DNA from: Gemmatimonadaceae bacterium
GTDB taxonomy: Bacteria > Gemmatimonadota > Gemmatimonadetes > Gemmatimonadales > Gemmatimonadaceae
DNA: 42,870 bases
Assembly (NCBI GenBank): GCA_040902005.1
Contig: JBBDYA010000112.1
Coordinates: 29,841 to 72,710 of the forward strand
Direction: 5' to 3'
Part shown: one piece after another, positions 29,650-39,955 of the stretch
How the letters are laid out: each line of letters opens with the position of its first letter
How positions within the stretch are numbered: position 1 is the stretch's first letter
Translations under genes and position numbers: made by a program
The notes under the pieces: model-generated
What the model saw: only the letters and a program-made list of their open reading frames with translations
Databases searched by the model: none
What the model was told of the DNA's origin: nothing

Positions 29650-30960
29650 ATGGATCGTCGTGCATTCACTGGAACACTCGCCGCCGCCTGGGCGGGCGTC
29701 ATGCTTCCGAACGTTGCGTGGGCGCGCCAGTCGCGAGCGATGCGGGACCTCGACGCCGGCCGGCTTAACCGCCACCTGACGGAACTCTCCGCGTTCGGCG
29801 CCAATCCTCAGGGAGGCGTGTCGCGCGTGGCGTTCAGCGACGCGGATCGCGCGGGACGCGCCTGGGTGATGGAGCGCATGCGGGCCGCGCAACTCGACGT
29901 CAGCGTGGACGTCGCCGGCAACATCTTCGGCAGACGCCACGGCACCGACGCGCGGCTCGCGCCCATCGTCTTCGGATCGCACATCGACAGCGTGCCGGAT
30001 GGCGGCAACTACGACGGCACGGTGGGTTCGCTCGCGGCGATCGAGATTGCCCAGACGCTCGCCGAGTCGAACGTCCGCACGCGTCATCCGCTGGAAATCG
30101 TCGTGTGGGCGAACGAAGAAGGGGGACTCTACGGCAGCCGCGCGGTGAGCGGGCAGCTGACCGCGACCGAGTTGGCCAACCGCGCCTGGAGCGGCAAGAC
30201 GATCGAAGAAGGGATGACGTTCCTCGGCGGTACGCCAACACGCATCGGCGAGGCGCGCCGGCGCCCCGGTGCGATCGCAGCCTATCTCGAGCTGCACATC
30301 GAGCAGGGGGGCACGCTCGAGCGCGAAGCGCTCCAGATCGGCATCGTGGAAGGCATCGTGGGCATCCGGCAGTGGAACGTGACCATCACCGGCATCCAGA
30401 ACCACGCCGGCACCACGCCGATGGACCAGCGGAGCGACGCGGTGCTCAGCGCGGCGCGCTTCGTCGAGATGGTGAATCGCGTGGTGCGCGCGGAGCCCGG
30501 CCGCCAGGTGGGTACGGTGGGCGGCATCGAGTCATTCCCGGGCGCGCCCAACGTCATCGCCGGCCGCGTGGCCGCGACGCTCGAGCTCCGCGACCTCGAC
30601 GCCGCAAAGATCGATCGACTCTTTGAGGCGATCGCAGGAGAAGCGAAGCGCATCGGCGAATCGAACGGCACCACGTTCGCGTTCGCCGGCCGCCACCTGA
30701 ACGTTCCGGCGCCGAGCGATCCGCGTATCCGCGCGGTGATCGGCGACGCCGCGAAGGAACTGGGGTACTCCATGCGCGGAATGCCCAGCGGCGCGGGACA
30801 CGATGCGCAGGCGATGGCGCAGCTGGGTCCCATGGGCATGATCTTCATCCCGAGCATCGGCGGGATCAGTCATTCGCCGAAGGAGTTTTCCACGGCCGAA
30901 GACATCGCGCGTGGCGCGCGCGTGCTGATGGGAGCCGTGATGCGCGCCGATCGGGCGTGA
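29650..30960 (+). CDS. M20 Zn amidohydrolase (N-carbamoyl-L-amino acid/allantoate amidohydrolase family) with Tat signal
   Basis: MDRRAF..AWA Tat peptide; GSHIDSV, DG, NEEG, ELHIEQG, HAGTTPM, SGAGHDA, SHSPKE. Confidence 0.92.
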   Translation: MDRRAFTGTLAAAWAGVMLPNVAWARQSRAMRDLDAGRLNRHLTELSAFGANPQGGVSRVAFSDADRAGRAWVMERMRAAQLDVSVDVAGNIFGRRHGTDARLAPIVFGSHIDSVPDGGNYDGTVGSLAAIEIAQTLAESNVRTRHPLEIVVWANEEGGLYGSRAVSGQLTATELANRAWSGKTIEEGMTFLGGTPTRIGEARRRPGAIAAYLELHIEQGGTLEREALQIGIVEGIVGIRQWNVTITGIQNHAGTTPMDQRSDAVLSAARFVEMVNRVVRAEPGRQVGTVGGIESFPGAPNVIAGRVAATLELRDLDAAKIDRLFEAIAGEAKRIGESNGTTFAFAGRHLNVPAPSDPRIRAVIGDAAKELGYSMRGMPSGAGHDAQAMAQLGPMGMIFIPSIGGISHSPKEFSTAEDIARGARVLMGAVMRADRA

Positions 30961-30967
30961 CCAACGC

Positions 30968-31471
30968 GTGCGCGATGAACCGATCTCCCTGGCACCGTAC
31001 GATCCAGGCTGGCCGCTCCGCTTCGAGGAGGAGCGCGCGCGGCTGGCGCGTGTGCTCGCACCGTGGCTCGAGGGCGCGATAGAGCATATCGGCAGCACCG
31101 CGGTGCCGGGCCTCCTGGCCAAGCCCGTGATCGACATCATGGCGGGCGTTCGAGATCTTCCGACGTCCCTCCCGGCCCGTGACGTGCTTGTGTCGCTCGA
31201 CTACGTGTACTTCCCGTATCGGCCCGACGTCATGCACTGGTTCTGCAAGCCGTCGCCGGCGCGCCGCACCCATCACCTGCACCTCGTGCCGCTGACGAGC
31301 GCGCTCTGGTCCGAGCGGCTGCGTTTCCGCGACCATCTGCGGGCGTCACCCGAGTCAGCGAAGCAATACGCGGCGCTCAAGACCGCGTTGGCCGCGAAGC
31401 ACTGGTTCGATCGCGAAGCGTATACGGACGCGAAGGGTGGCTTCGTTCGCGCCATCCTGGCGGCCGAATGA
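30968..31471 (+). CDS. GrpB family (UPF0157) protein
   Basis: YDPGWP, EHIGSTAVPGLLAKPVIDI, HLH, FRDHLR, YAALK, YTDAK. Confidence 0.92.
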   Translation: MRDEPISLAPYDPGWPLRFEEERARLARVLAPWLEGAIEHIGSTAVPGLLAKPVIDIMAGVRDLPTSLPARDVLVSLDYVYFPYRPDVMHWFCKPSPARRTHHLHLVPLTSALWSERLRFRDHLRASPESAKQYAALKTALAAKHWFDREAYTDAKGGFVRAILAAE

Positions 31472-31490
31472 CTGGCATCCCTTCCACCTG

Positions 31491-32105
31491 TTAGCCGATC
31501 AGTGGCGTCACCACCCGGTGGTACGCCGCGTGGATGAGGATGTACGCGACGACGATCCGCGGGGCGCGCGCGAGCGATCCCAGCAGGTACAGGCGCCACG
31601 GCATGTGCAGCGCGCCGGCGGTCCAGCTGCTCACTGACCACGGTAGCGGCGTGATGGCCGCAAGGACCACGGCCCAGGCGCCGTAGCGCCGAGTGAGCTC
31701 CACGGTGAGGCCATGGTGCCGGCCCAGTATGCGACGAACCAGCCCGGTGCCGGCGAGCAGGTTTCCCAGCAACCACCCCGCGTGTCCGCCTACCGTGGAG
31801 AGCAGCGCCAGCAGCAGCACGGGCGAGTGCCAGGACTCGCGCAGCTCGCTGCCGGCCACGATCAGCAGGATCACGTCTGGCGGCATCGGACTGACCACCG
31901 TCTCGCTCACGAAGAAGATCAGCGCCAATCCCGGAAAACCGAGCGTGTGGTAGATCCAGCCGGCGAACCCGGTGATCTCGTCGCGCAGGTAGATCCCCGC
32001 GAGACCGACCGCGGCCATCAGCAGCACCGTGAACAGCAGCGCCAGCCAGATCTCCCGACGGACGAAGGCGTTGACTTCGACAGACGGGCGTGCGGGTTCG
32101 GTCAT
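31491..32105 (-). CDS. DedA/VTT (YqaA-like) membrane protein
   Basis: PMPPDV, STVGGHAGWLLG, RYGAWAV..AITPLPW, GSLARAPR. Confidence 0.85.
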   Translation of the reverse strand: MTEPARPSVEVNAFVRREIWLALLFTVLLMAAVGLAGIYLRDEITGFAGWIYHTLGFPGLALIFFVSETVVSPMPPDVILLIVAGSELRESWHSPVLLLALLSTVGGHAGWLLGNLLAGTGLVRRILGRHHGLTVELTRRYGAWAVVLAAITPLPWSVSSWTAGALHMPWRLYLLGSLARAPRIVVAYILIHAAYHRVVTPLIG

Positions 32106-32136
32106 GCCGAAAAGTTAGCTGACCCGCTCGCGCCGG

Positions 32137-33541
32137 TCACACGGACGGTGCCCGCAGCTCCTCGTCGAGCGCCAGGGTTTCACCCCGCAGCGCTGCCAGT
32201 TCGGCGGTGAGCGCGTTGCGCACCCCGGGCTCCTGCCTGAACAGCAGGTACGCCTTCGCGCGCCGGCGCGCACGGTCCAGCCGCTCGCGCAGGAAGAAGT
32301 TCGCCTCGGCGGCCAGCGGGAGACTCACCAGATAGAACGCCGCCGACACCCAGCCGAACAGCGCTCCGACCGCGATGCCCTGCGCCGCGTACGCGAGCGC
32401 CACCAGCGCGGCTCCCGCCACGATCGTGCGCATCGCCGGATCGGCCGCGCTCTGCACGGAGCGCATGGCGATGATCCGCGCCGCGTGGAAGGGCAACCAG
32501 TGGTTGAGCCACCCCCACGTGGCGAACGGCGCGGCGACGGCCACGATCCACGCCTCGCGCGCGGCAAACCGCACCCCGTCGCGCCGGCGCACGGAGATCG
32601 CCACGTCCTCGATGAGCACCCCACGCTCGGCGGTGGCGCGCTGGAACGCGGCCAGCCGGCGCGCGAGCGCGTCCGCGCGCTCACGCTGCGCCGGTGTCGC
32701 AGTACCCAGCCGGCCGGCCAGCGCACCCACCCGTCTCGCGACGTCGGCGTCCACGCTCAACTGGCGGTCTACCCGGCCGATCCTCACCGGCTCCGTGAAC
32801 AGCGCCGAGATGACGCTGGCCAGCGCGGCGGCTCGCGACGCATCGTCGGCGCTGGAGTAGTTGAGCGTCAGCGCGCGCAGGCGCGCGTCGATGTCGGCAG
32901 TCAGCCCCTCCACCGCGCCGGCCTCCCCCCCCCCCCCCGCCGGCCCCCCCCCCCCCCGGCGCGCGCCACTCGTCCATCGCCAGCGGCTCTCCCACGCGCA
33001 CCAGCACCCGCGAGCGCGGCGCATCCTTGCGCTCGAAGGTGAGCCCGATGGGGACGATGGCGAGTCCCGGTGCGGCGCCCGTGTCGCGCGCGTGCAGCGC
33101 CATGCGCGCCGCGCCGGTCTTGAGCGGCGCCAGCGACGGTTCCTCGTGGCTCTTGCCCTCGGGGAAGATGAGGATCACTCCCCCCGTCCCAAGGGCGTCG
33201 TTCACCGCGCGGAACGTGTCCACGTTCCGCGACGAGTCCGGGGTCGCCGCGCCCGCGCGCGACGCTTCGTCGCTGGATCGGCGCAGCGGCAGCACACCAC
33301 ACCAGGACAGCACGCGCGCGGCCACCGGATTCCGGAAAATCGTCGCCTTGGCCGTCACCAGCACCCGTCGCGGAACCACCCACACCACGATCAGCGCGTC
33401 CACCAGCGCATTCGGATGGTTGCCGACGACGAGCAGGGGACCGCGTCGCGGGATACGCTCTACGCCCTGCACCTGGATGTCGCGGTAGAACCAGCGCAGC
33501 GCGATCCCGGCGATCGCGCGGCCCAGCACGTAGAGCAGCAT
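32137..33541 (-). pseudogene. PlsC-like lysophospholipid/glycerol acyltransferase, frameshifted at poly-C tracts (probably intact in vivo)
   Basis: N-half NHPNALVD (HxxxxD), FPEGKSH, LKTGAAR; C-half with TM helices continues in another frame after 32925-32957; span is 1405 nt (3n+1). Confidence 0.75.
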
Positions 33542-33715
33542 GACAGGATGTTACCCCCGCCCGTGGCCGCCGCGCCATGTGGAACGCCCACCTACGCTCG
33601 CGCTGGCGCCCCGCCATGCGTCGGCGCCTCTCTACGTAGCGATACGTATTCAGGCTGCCCCCGGTTCGAACCATCCTGCATGGGAAGGAAACACACTTCA
33701 CATCTGGAGGGTCTC

Positions 33716-34837
33716 GTGGCGCTGTCCCGAAGCGACGTCCCGCGCGAACTGCTGACCCGGGCCACGATCCGCGGCCTCGTGCGCATGACGATCGAGGAGT
33801 GGGGGATGATCGTCGTCCTCCTCGCGCTCGTCGCTGTCTGTCCGTGGTGGACGTACCCGGTGCTGCTCGTGCCGCTGGCCGGTCGGTTCCATGCGCTGGG
33901 CGTGATCCTTCACGACCTCACGCACATGCCGCTCAGGTCAAAATCCCTCGGCGCGCGTTTCGTGGAGGTGCTGTGCGGCTATCCCATTGCCTCCACGCTG
34001 AACGCCATGCGCTACCATCACCTGCGACATCATCGTGACAGCGGGATGGAGACGGACCCGTACTACAAGGACGGCCGGCACAACGCCCTCTGGTGGACGC
34101 TGAACGTCGCGCGGGGACTGGGACTGATTCCGTTCTGGACGGTGCGGGCAGTGGTAGGCGCCTGTGCGTACCAGGTGCGCGGGCTGCGCAACGCCTATGC
34201 GCGCATTTTTCTCCAGGACCGCTCCGGTGCGGACCCCCGCGATTCGCGCGAGGTGATCGACTGCGCGCGCGCCGAGTTCGGCCAGGTCGCGTTCCAGGCG
34301 GTGGTGGTCGCCGCGATCGTTGCGTGGCCCGCCGCGATGGTGTGGGGGTACGTCGTGCCCGTGTCCGTCACCGGCCTGCTGTCCGCGTGGCGCGTGCTCA
34401 TCGAGCACAACTACGAGCGCGTCTCGGACCGTCGGGTTGAGACGATCATCGCCATCACGAACGACCACCATCTGAACCTGTGGGGCGCGTTGGCGCTCGC
34501 TCCCCGGAACATCGGCTACCACATCGTCCATCACGTGCATCCGCACGTGAGCCTCACCGCGCTGCCCATGTTGCGGGACTGGTATGCCAGCCGGCATCCG
34601 GACACGTATCCGGGCGCGCGCGCGCCTGTTGCCAGACGGGCTCGAACTGGCCGGCCGACGGTACCAGCGTGTTCGGCGTGTTCACCGCGCCACCAGATTT
34701 CTCCCATATGTATGTTCCGCCAGGCACATGTACACGGTCAGGGAAATCTTCTACACGCTGCAGGGCGAGGGCGTTCACGCCGGACGTCCGGCGGTGTTCT
34801 GCCGCTTCAGCGGCTGCAACCTGTGGACGGGACGTGA
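33716..34837 (+). CDS. membrane fatty acid desaturase family protein
   Basis: GGAGG RBS before GTG; His boxes HDLTH, HLRHH, HIVHH; low-quality C-tail overlaps queE. Confidence 0.85.
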   Translation: MALSRSDVPRELLTRATIRGLVRMTIEEWGMIVVLLALVAVCPWWTYPVLLVPLAGRFHALGVILHDLTHMPLRSKSLGARFVEVLCGYPIASTLNAMRYHHLRHHRDSGMETDPYYKDGRHNALWWTLNVARGLGLIPFWTVRAVVGACAYQVRGLRNAYARIFLQDRSGADPRDSREVIDCARAEFGQVAFQAVVVAAIVAWPAAMVWGYVVPVSVTGLLSAWRVLIEHNYERVSDRRVETIIAITNDHHLNLWGALALAPRNIGYHIVHHVHPHVSLTALPMLRDWYASRHPDTYPGARAPVARRARTGRPTVPACSACSPRHQISPICMFRQAHVHGQGNLLHAAGRGRSRRTSGGVLPLQRLQPVDGT

Positions 34838-35369
34838 AGCGGATCGCGCAGACGCGGTCTGCGCGTTCTGCGACACGGACTTCGTAGGCGTGGGCCCGGA
34901 CGGCGGCAGGTTCGCCAGTGCCGGCGAGCTCGCCGAGCGCGTGGCGCGCACGTGGCCCGCGGATCATGCCGGCGATGCCCGGCCGTACGTGGTGTGCACG
35001 GGCGGCGAACCGCTGCTCCAGCTGGACGCGCCGCTCGTGGACGCGTTCCATGCCGCGGGGCTCGAGGTCGCCATCGAGACCAATGGCACTCAGCCCGCGC
35101 CCGCCGGGATCGACTGGATCTGCGTCAGTCCCAAGGCCAATGCGCCGCTGATCCTGGTCAACGGCCACGAGCTCAAGCTCGTATATCCGCAGAAGGAGCC
35201 CGAGGCGCAGCCGGAGCGTTTCACCGGCCTCGACTTCCAGCACTTCTCCCTGCAGCCAATGGATGGCCCCGCTCTCGCCGAAAACACGCACCGCGCCGTG
35301 GAATACTGCCTGGCGCACCCGCGGTGGCGGTTGAGCCTTCAGACGCACAAGCTTCTGGGCCTCCGTTGA
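34728..35369 (+). CDS. queE: 7-carboxy-7-deazaguanine synthase, Cx14CxxC type radical SAM
   Basis: EIFYTLQGEG, C-NLWTGREADRADAV-CAFC, TGGEP, ETNG, VSPK, SLQTHK. Confidence 0.96.
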   Translation: MYTVREIFYTLQGEGVHAGRPAVFCRFSGCNLWTGREADRADAVCAFCDTDFVGVGPDGGRFASAGELAERVARTWPADHAGDARPYVVCTGGEPLLQLDAPLVDAFHAAGLEVAIETNGTQPAPAGIDWICVSPKANAPLILVNGHELKLVYPQKEPEAQPERFTGLDFQHFSLQPMDGPALAENTHRAVEYCLAHPRWRLSLQTHKLLGLR

Positions 35370-35408
35370 TCGTTTTTTCGTCACGTCCCTCCCAACGAAA
35401 CCCTTCCC

Positions 35409-37958
35409 ATGCGAAAGTCTCTCGGACTCGTCCTGCTCGCGGGCACGCTCGCCGCGTGCTCCAGCGCGGCATCCCCCGCCACCGGGCCCACCCCCGCCCC
35501 GGCTCCCCAGCAGACGCCCGGACAGGCGGCCGCCGGTGATACGTCCGGTGGGGCGCGCGGACCCACGCCGGCGCGCCCGCGTCCGTACAACCGCGTCGTC
35601 ACCAGCGACGCCGAGACGAAGCGCGGCCTGTTCGCGGTGCACCGCATCGGCGACCGCGTGCTCTTCGAGATCCCGCGCCGCGAACTGGGCAAGGACCAAC
35701 TGGCCATCGGGCGCTACGCGCGCGCGGCGGCACCGCAGCCCGGCGCGCCGGGCGGCGGCTTCGGCAGCTACGGCGGCGACCGGTTCGTGACCCGCACGCT
35801 TCGGTGGAACCGCAACGGCAATCGCGTGATCCTGCGCACGCCGTCGTTCACGATCGTCGCGGACACCACCTCGTCGATCTTCCGCGCGGTGGAGAACTCG
35901 AACTATCCGCCGATCATCGCCGTGTTCAACGTGGAAGCGTTCGGTCCGGACAGCGCGCCCGTCATCGACGTGACGCGACTGTTCACCACCGCAATCCCCG
36001 AACTGGCCGCCATCCAGGGCACGGTGGACGCCACGCGCTCGTTCATCGAGCGCACGCTGGCCTTCCCGGACAACATCGGCATCGAGGCCACGCAGACGGG
36101 CGTCGCGACGCCAGCCGGCGGTGCCGCCGGCGGCGGCGGTGGCGGCGGCGGCGCGGCCGCACCGCGCATGGCGCGCAGCGTGCTCGCGCACTGGAGCATC
36201 GTGCGCCTGCCCGAGCAGCCGATGATGCCGCGTCGCTTCGACGAGCGGGTGGGCTTCTTCTCCAACGCGCGCGTGGACTTCGGCGCCACGGAGCAGCGCG
36301 CCGCCACCCGGCGCTACATCACGCGCTATCGCCTGGAGTGCAGCGAGCGCCGTGCAGGCAGTCTCTGCTACCCGAAAACGCCCATCATCTACTACGTGGA
36401 TCCGCACACGCCGGAGTGGCTCAAGCCCTTCGTGCGCGACGGCATCACCGAGTGGCAGACTGCGTTCGAGGCCGCGGGCTTCAAGGACGGCATCATCGCG
36501 GGTGAAGTGCCCGCCACCGATCCGCACTGGTCTCCCGAAGACGTGCGCCACACCATGATCCGCTGGCTCCCCTCCACCGTCGAAAACGCGGTGGGGCCCA
36601 ATGTGCACGACCCGCGCACCGGCGAGATCCTCAACGGGTCGGTGCAGATGTTCCACAACATCATGAACCTCCAGCGCTCCTGGTACTTCACCCAGGCGTC
36701 ACCGCTGGACCCGCGCGCCCGCTCCCTGCCCTTCCCGGATTCGCTGATGGGCCGCCTGGTGCAGTTCGTGGTGGCGCACGAGATCGGGCATACGCTCGGC
36801 CTGCAGCACGACCAGATCGGCAGCTCCACCTATCCGGCCGACAGCGTGCGCAGCCGCACGTGGGTGGCGCGCATGGGGCACAGCCCGAGCATCATGGATT
36901 ACTCGCGCTTCAACTACGTGGCGCAGCCGGAAGACAACATCGCGCTGAACGACCTCATTCCGCGCGTGGGCCCGTACGACAAGTACGCGATCATGTGGGG
37001 GTACAGGCCGATTCCGGGCGCGACCACGCCGGACGCCGAGCGTCCCACGCTCGAACAGTGGACGCGCATGCAGGACACCATTCCCTGGTACCGCTTCTCC
37101 GCGAACAACGCGTTCGGTGCCACCGGAACGCAGAGCGAGGCGGTGGGTGACGCCGATCCGGTGAAGTCCACCGGGCTGGGCTTTCGCAACATCCAGCGCG
37201 TGGTGGGCTACATCGCCACCGCGGCCACGCGGCCCATGGAGGACAATTCGGATCTCCAGGAGCTGTACAATCGCACCATCGGCCAGTGGTCCAATGAGGC
37301 GAACCACGTGGCCACGCTCGTAGGCGGCGGCACGGTGCAGTACAAGTCCGGCAGCCAGCCGGGCCCCGTGTATACGCCAATCACTCGCGCGCGCCAGGCC
37401 GAGGCGGTGCGGTTCCTCAATCAGCAGGTGTGGACCACCCCCACGTATCTCATCCGCCCGGAAATCGCGGCGCGCGTCGAGGCGGGGGGCATGGTGACGC
37501 GCGTCAACAACGCGCAGGCCCGCGCGCTGGCCACGGTCCTCAACGACCAGCGCATGGATCGCCTGCTGGAACAGGAAGGCATCCGGAACCGGAGCGAGGT
37601 CTACACGCTGGCCACGATGCTCGACGACGTGCGCCGCGGCATCTGGTCGGAGCTGGGAGAGGCCAGCGCGGTAGACGTGTTCCGTCGCAAGCTGCAGAGC
37701 GACTACCTCACGATGCTGGACCGGAAGCTCAATCCGCCGGCGCCCACGACGGGCGCTGGCGGCGGCGGTGGGGGGGGCGGTGGATTCGGGCAGCCGGCGG
37801 CCCCGCTGTCCGAGGACGGGAAGTCGCACCTGCGCGGCCAGTTGGTCACGCTGCGTCAGGAGATCCAGCGCGCGGTTCCCCGTGCCACGGATCGCGCCAC
37901 GCAGCTGCACCTCCAGGGCTCGATCCATCGCATCGATCGGATTCTGGATCCCCGCTGA
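35409..37958 (+). CDS. zinc-dependent metalloprotease lipoprotein (DUF5118/DUF5117/DUF4953 type)
   Basis: Lipobox [35 protein letters not shown] Met-turn. Confidence 0.93.
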   Translation: MRKSLGLVLLAGTLAACSSAASPATGPTPAPAPQQTPGQAAAGDTSGGARGPTPARPRPYNRVVTSDAETKRGLFAVHRIGDRVLFEIPRRELGKDQLAIGRYARAAAPQPGAPGGGFGSYGGDRFVTRTLRWNRNGNRVILRTPSFTIVADTTSSIFRAVENSNYPPIIAVFNVEAFGPDSAPVIDVTRLFTTAIPELAAIQGTVDATRSFIERTLAFPDNIGIEATQTGVATPAGGAAGGGGGGGGAAAPRMARSVLAHWSIVRLPEQPMMPRRFDERVGFFSNARVDFGATEQRAATRRYITRYRLECSERRAGSLCYPKTPIIYYVDPHTPEWLKPFVRDGITEWQTAFEAAGFKDGIIAGEVPATDPHWSPEDVRHTMIRWLPSTVENAVGPNVHDPRTGEILNGSVQMFHNIMNLQRSWYFTQASPLDPRARSLPFPDSLMGRLVQFVVAHEIGHTLGLQHDQIGSSTYPADSVRSRTWVARMGHSPSIMDYSRFNYVAQPEDNIALNDLIPRVGPYDKYAIMWGYRPIPGATTPDAERPTLEQWTRMQDTIPWYRFSANNAFGATGTQSEAVGDADPVKSTGLGFRNIQRVVGYIATAATRPMEDNSDLQELYNRTIGQWSNEANHVATLVGGGTVQYKSGSQPGPVYTPITRARQAEAVRFLNQQVWTTPTYLIRPEIAARVEAGGMVTRVNNAQARALATVLNDQRMDRLLEQEGIRNRSEVYTLATMLDDVRRGIWSELGEASAVDVFRRKLQSDYLTMLDRKLNPPAPTTGAGGGGGGGGGFGQPAAPLSEDGKSHLRGQLVTLRQEIQRAVPRATDRATQLHLQGSIHRIDRILDPR

Positions 37959-37980
37959 CCTCACGAAAGCGGGCGGGTGT

Positions 37981-38018
37981 GCAGCGGGCCACGGGATTCG
38001 ACTCCCGTGGCCCGTTGC
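37981..38018 (+). terminator. 16-bp GC-rich hairpin after metalloprotease gene
   Basis: GCAGCGGGCCACGGGA-TTCGAC-TCCCGTGGCCCGTTGC (one G-U pair); weak U tail. Confidence 0.65.
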
Positions 38019-38115
38019 TCATGGCCCAGTCCGCCACGAAGTTCATCTGACACACGGAGCCGCGGCAACGCCTTTGCCTTAGGTCGGGCCTACTTACACC
38101 TGGCAGGCTCTGGCA

Positions 38116-38760
38116 ATGGCTCGACAGCTTCGCAGCATTCTGCGCCTCGTGGCGCTGACGCTCGCCGTGCACGGCGTGGTGTCGCTCGACCGCGGTGCGC
38201 ATACGCCTTCGGTGGCATTGGCGGCACCGGCATCGCCGGCATCCGAACGCATGCAAGCGCCGACGCCCGCCGTCGACGCGCCCCGCACTGTGAGCGGGCG
38301 TCCCGCGCGGATCGACGTTCGCGTGGACCAGCCCTTCGACGGCTTCGACCTTCCCGAAATCTTCCGAGACTCTATCGTCCGGCTGGCCACGGCGCAGGTC
38401 GGAAAGCGCTACCGGCATGGCGGCACCACGCCGCGCGGGTTCGACTGTAGCGGCCTCGTTCGCTACGTCCTGTCCAAGGTGCACATGCCGCTGCCGCGCA
38501 GCGCCTACCTCCAGGCGCGGGTGGGAGCACCGATCGGGCGCGACCAGCTTCAGCCTGGTGACATCGTGGCGTTCGGACAGCCGGACTCGGTTTCGCACAT
38601 CGGCATCTACGTTGGCGACGGCATGTTCGTGCACGCCAGCAGCGTGGCCGGCAGGGTGATCGTGAGTTCTCTCGACCGCAAGCCGCATCGGCTGATCCAG
38701 CCGCTGCACGGGGCGCGTCGCCTGCTGGCGTTCGCCGGGACTACGTCGCGCGGCGGTTAG
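38116..38760 (+). CDS. NlpC/P60 (C40) cell-wall peptidase
   Basis: YRHGG...GFDCSGL, LPRS, PGDIVAF, HIGIYVG, HASS; N-terminal signal. Confidence 0.93.
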   Translation: MARQLRSILRLVALTLAVHGVVSLDRGAHTPSVALAAPASPASERMQAPTPAVDAPRTVSGRPARIDVRVDQPFDGFDLPEIFRDSIVRLATAQVGKRYRHGGTTPRGFDCSGLVRYVLSKVHMPLPRSAYLQARVGAPIGRDQLQPGDIVAFGQPDSVSHIGIYVGDGMFVHASSVAGRVIVSSLDRKPHRLIQPLHGARRLLAFAGTTSRGG

Positions 38761-38784
38761 CTCGAGCGGTGTCCCGCTTCGACT

Positions 38785-39921
38785 CTACCTGAGCGTGTCC
38801 GGGAGGAGCGGACGTCGCAGCTCGCCCCACAGATCCACGCGCGCTCCGGTGCGCGGAAAATCCAGCGCGCTCAGGGAATCGATGAGCCGCATCGCGCGCC
38901 ACGACGGATCCAGCCGCACCACGCCGGGCGCGAGCTGTACCGTGGGACGCAGATGCGCGCCCACCACGCGACCGTCCTGGAGATCCGCGCACGCCACCAC
39001 GCCGCGGTTGATTGGCTCCGCGTTGTTGAACGGCCCGTACGTCAGAAGATTCCCGAGCGAGTAGAGCGCCAGGCGGTCACCCGTCCATTCGGCGGCGCGC
39101 AGTACGTGCGGGCCGTGCCCCACCACCAGCGACGCGCCCGCCTCGAACGCCGCCCGCGCGAACGCCACCGGATTGCCGCGGTGGATCCGCGACGCCAGGA
39201 AATACTCCACGCTGTCGCGCGTGCGCTGCGCCCCGATCCCCTCCGCGCCAATGTGCGCGGTGACGATCACCGTGCCGTACCAGTCCGCGGCGCGCGCCAC
39301 GTGCCGGCGCACCGCGTTCAGGTCGCGCAGGTCTGGCGCTTCCGTGGACGAGTAGAAGCCCAGCACGCCGATGATCTCGCCGGTGCGCAGCCGCACCGGC
39401 GTGGCCAGCGTGTCGATGCCCGTGATCAGGATGCCCGCGCGCCCGAGTTGGGCCGCCGTGGAGTCCAACCCCGTTCGTCCGGCGTCGCGCGCGTGATTGT
39501 TCGCCACGTTCCCCACGACAACGGCCGAATCGTTGCCTAGCGCGCGCAGCGCGGGCGCCGACTCGGGGGGACCGCGGAACGCATAACAGTTGCGCGAATT
39601 CGGTGCGCACTTGGGTTCGGCGAGCACGCCCTCCCCGATCGCGGTCTCCACGTTCACGAGCACGATGTCCGCGTCCACGAAGAGCGGCCGCAGCGGCGCC
39701 AGCAGCGAATCCGGATGCGCGGACACCCCATACTGCCGGAGACGCAACTCGCCCGAGCGGGCCCAGGCGGTGTCCAGGTTGGTGCCCAGCGTGACGTCGC
39801 CGCCGGAGCAAACGCGCGTGGGGGGTGGGGGGGGCACCGGCTTCTGCGCTTCAGCGATGCCTGGCCATGACAGCGCGGCCGCGACGAGCCACGTCAGCGC
39901 GGAGCGCCGAGGTCCCGTCAT
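38785..39921 (-). CDS. CapA/PGA_cap family metallophosphatase
   Basis: GGDV, VNVET, ANNHARD, HIGAE, GHGPHV, YSLGN; signal peptide. Confidence 0.9.
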   Translation of the reverse strand: MTGPRRSALTWLVAAALSWPGIAEAQKPVPPPPPTRVCSGGDVTLGTNLDTAWARSGELRLRQYGVSAHPDSLLAPLRPLFVDADIVLVNVETAIGEGVLAEPKCAPNSRNCYAFRGPPESAPALRALGNDSAVVVGNVANNHARDAGRTGLDSTAAQLGRAGILITGIDTLATPVRLRTGEIIGVLGFYSSTEAPDLRDLNAVRRHVARAADWYGTVIVTAHIGAEGIGAQRTRDSVEYFLASRIHRGNPVAFARAAFEAGASLVVGHGPHVLRAAEWTGDRLALYSLGNLLTYGPFNNAEPINRGVVACADLQDGRVVGAHLRPTVQLAPGVVRLDPSWRAMRLIDSLSALDFPRTGARVDLWGELRRPLLPDTLR

Positions 39922-39955
39922 TCCCTGGCCGACGGCGGTGGCGACGCGGGTGGCC

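Noticed and set aside
33651..33680. GGTTCGAACC resembling a tRNA T-loop or tRNA-Sec fragment
   Set aside because: I could not build a cloverleaf, acceptor stem or anticodon arm around it.
32861..33715. Long N-terminal extension of the desaturase ORF
   Set aside because: Mostly antisense to the acyltransferase; a good RBS and GTG exist at 33706-33718.
34640..34727. preQ1 riboswitch upstream of queE
   Set aside because: No recognisable preQ1-I stem/loop or A-rich tail.
14918..35369. queC/queE as a 7-deazaguanine DNA-modification (dpd) defence island
   Set aside because: Genes are dispersed among housekeeping loci; no dpdA/tgt-like, helicase or nuclease genes present.
36118..36152. GGC repeats encoding poly-Gly in the metalloprotease
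   Set aside because: In-frame mixed-codon Gly linkers are ordinary low-complexity segments in such secreted proteins.
34554..37964. Long minus-strand ORFs (700 aa, 421 aa) and similar antisense ORFs throughout
   Set aside because: Expected from high-GC codon bias opposite real genes; no domain motifs.
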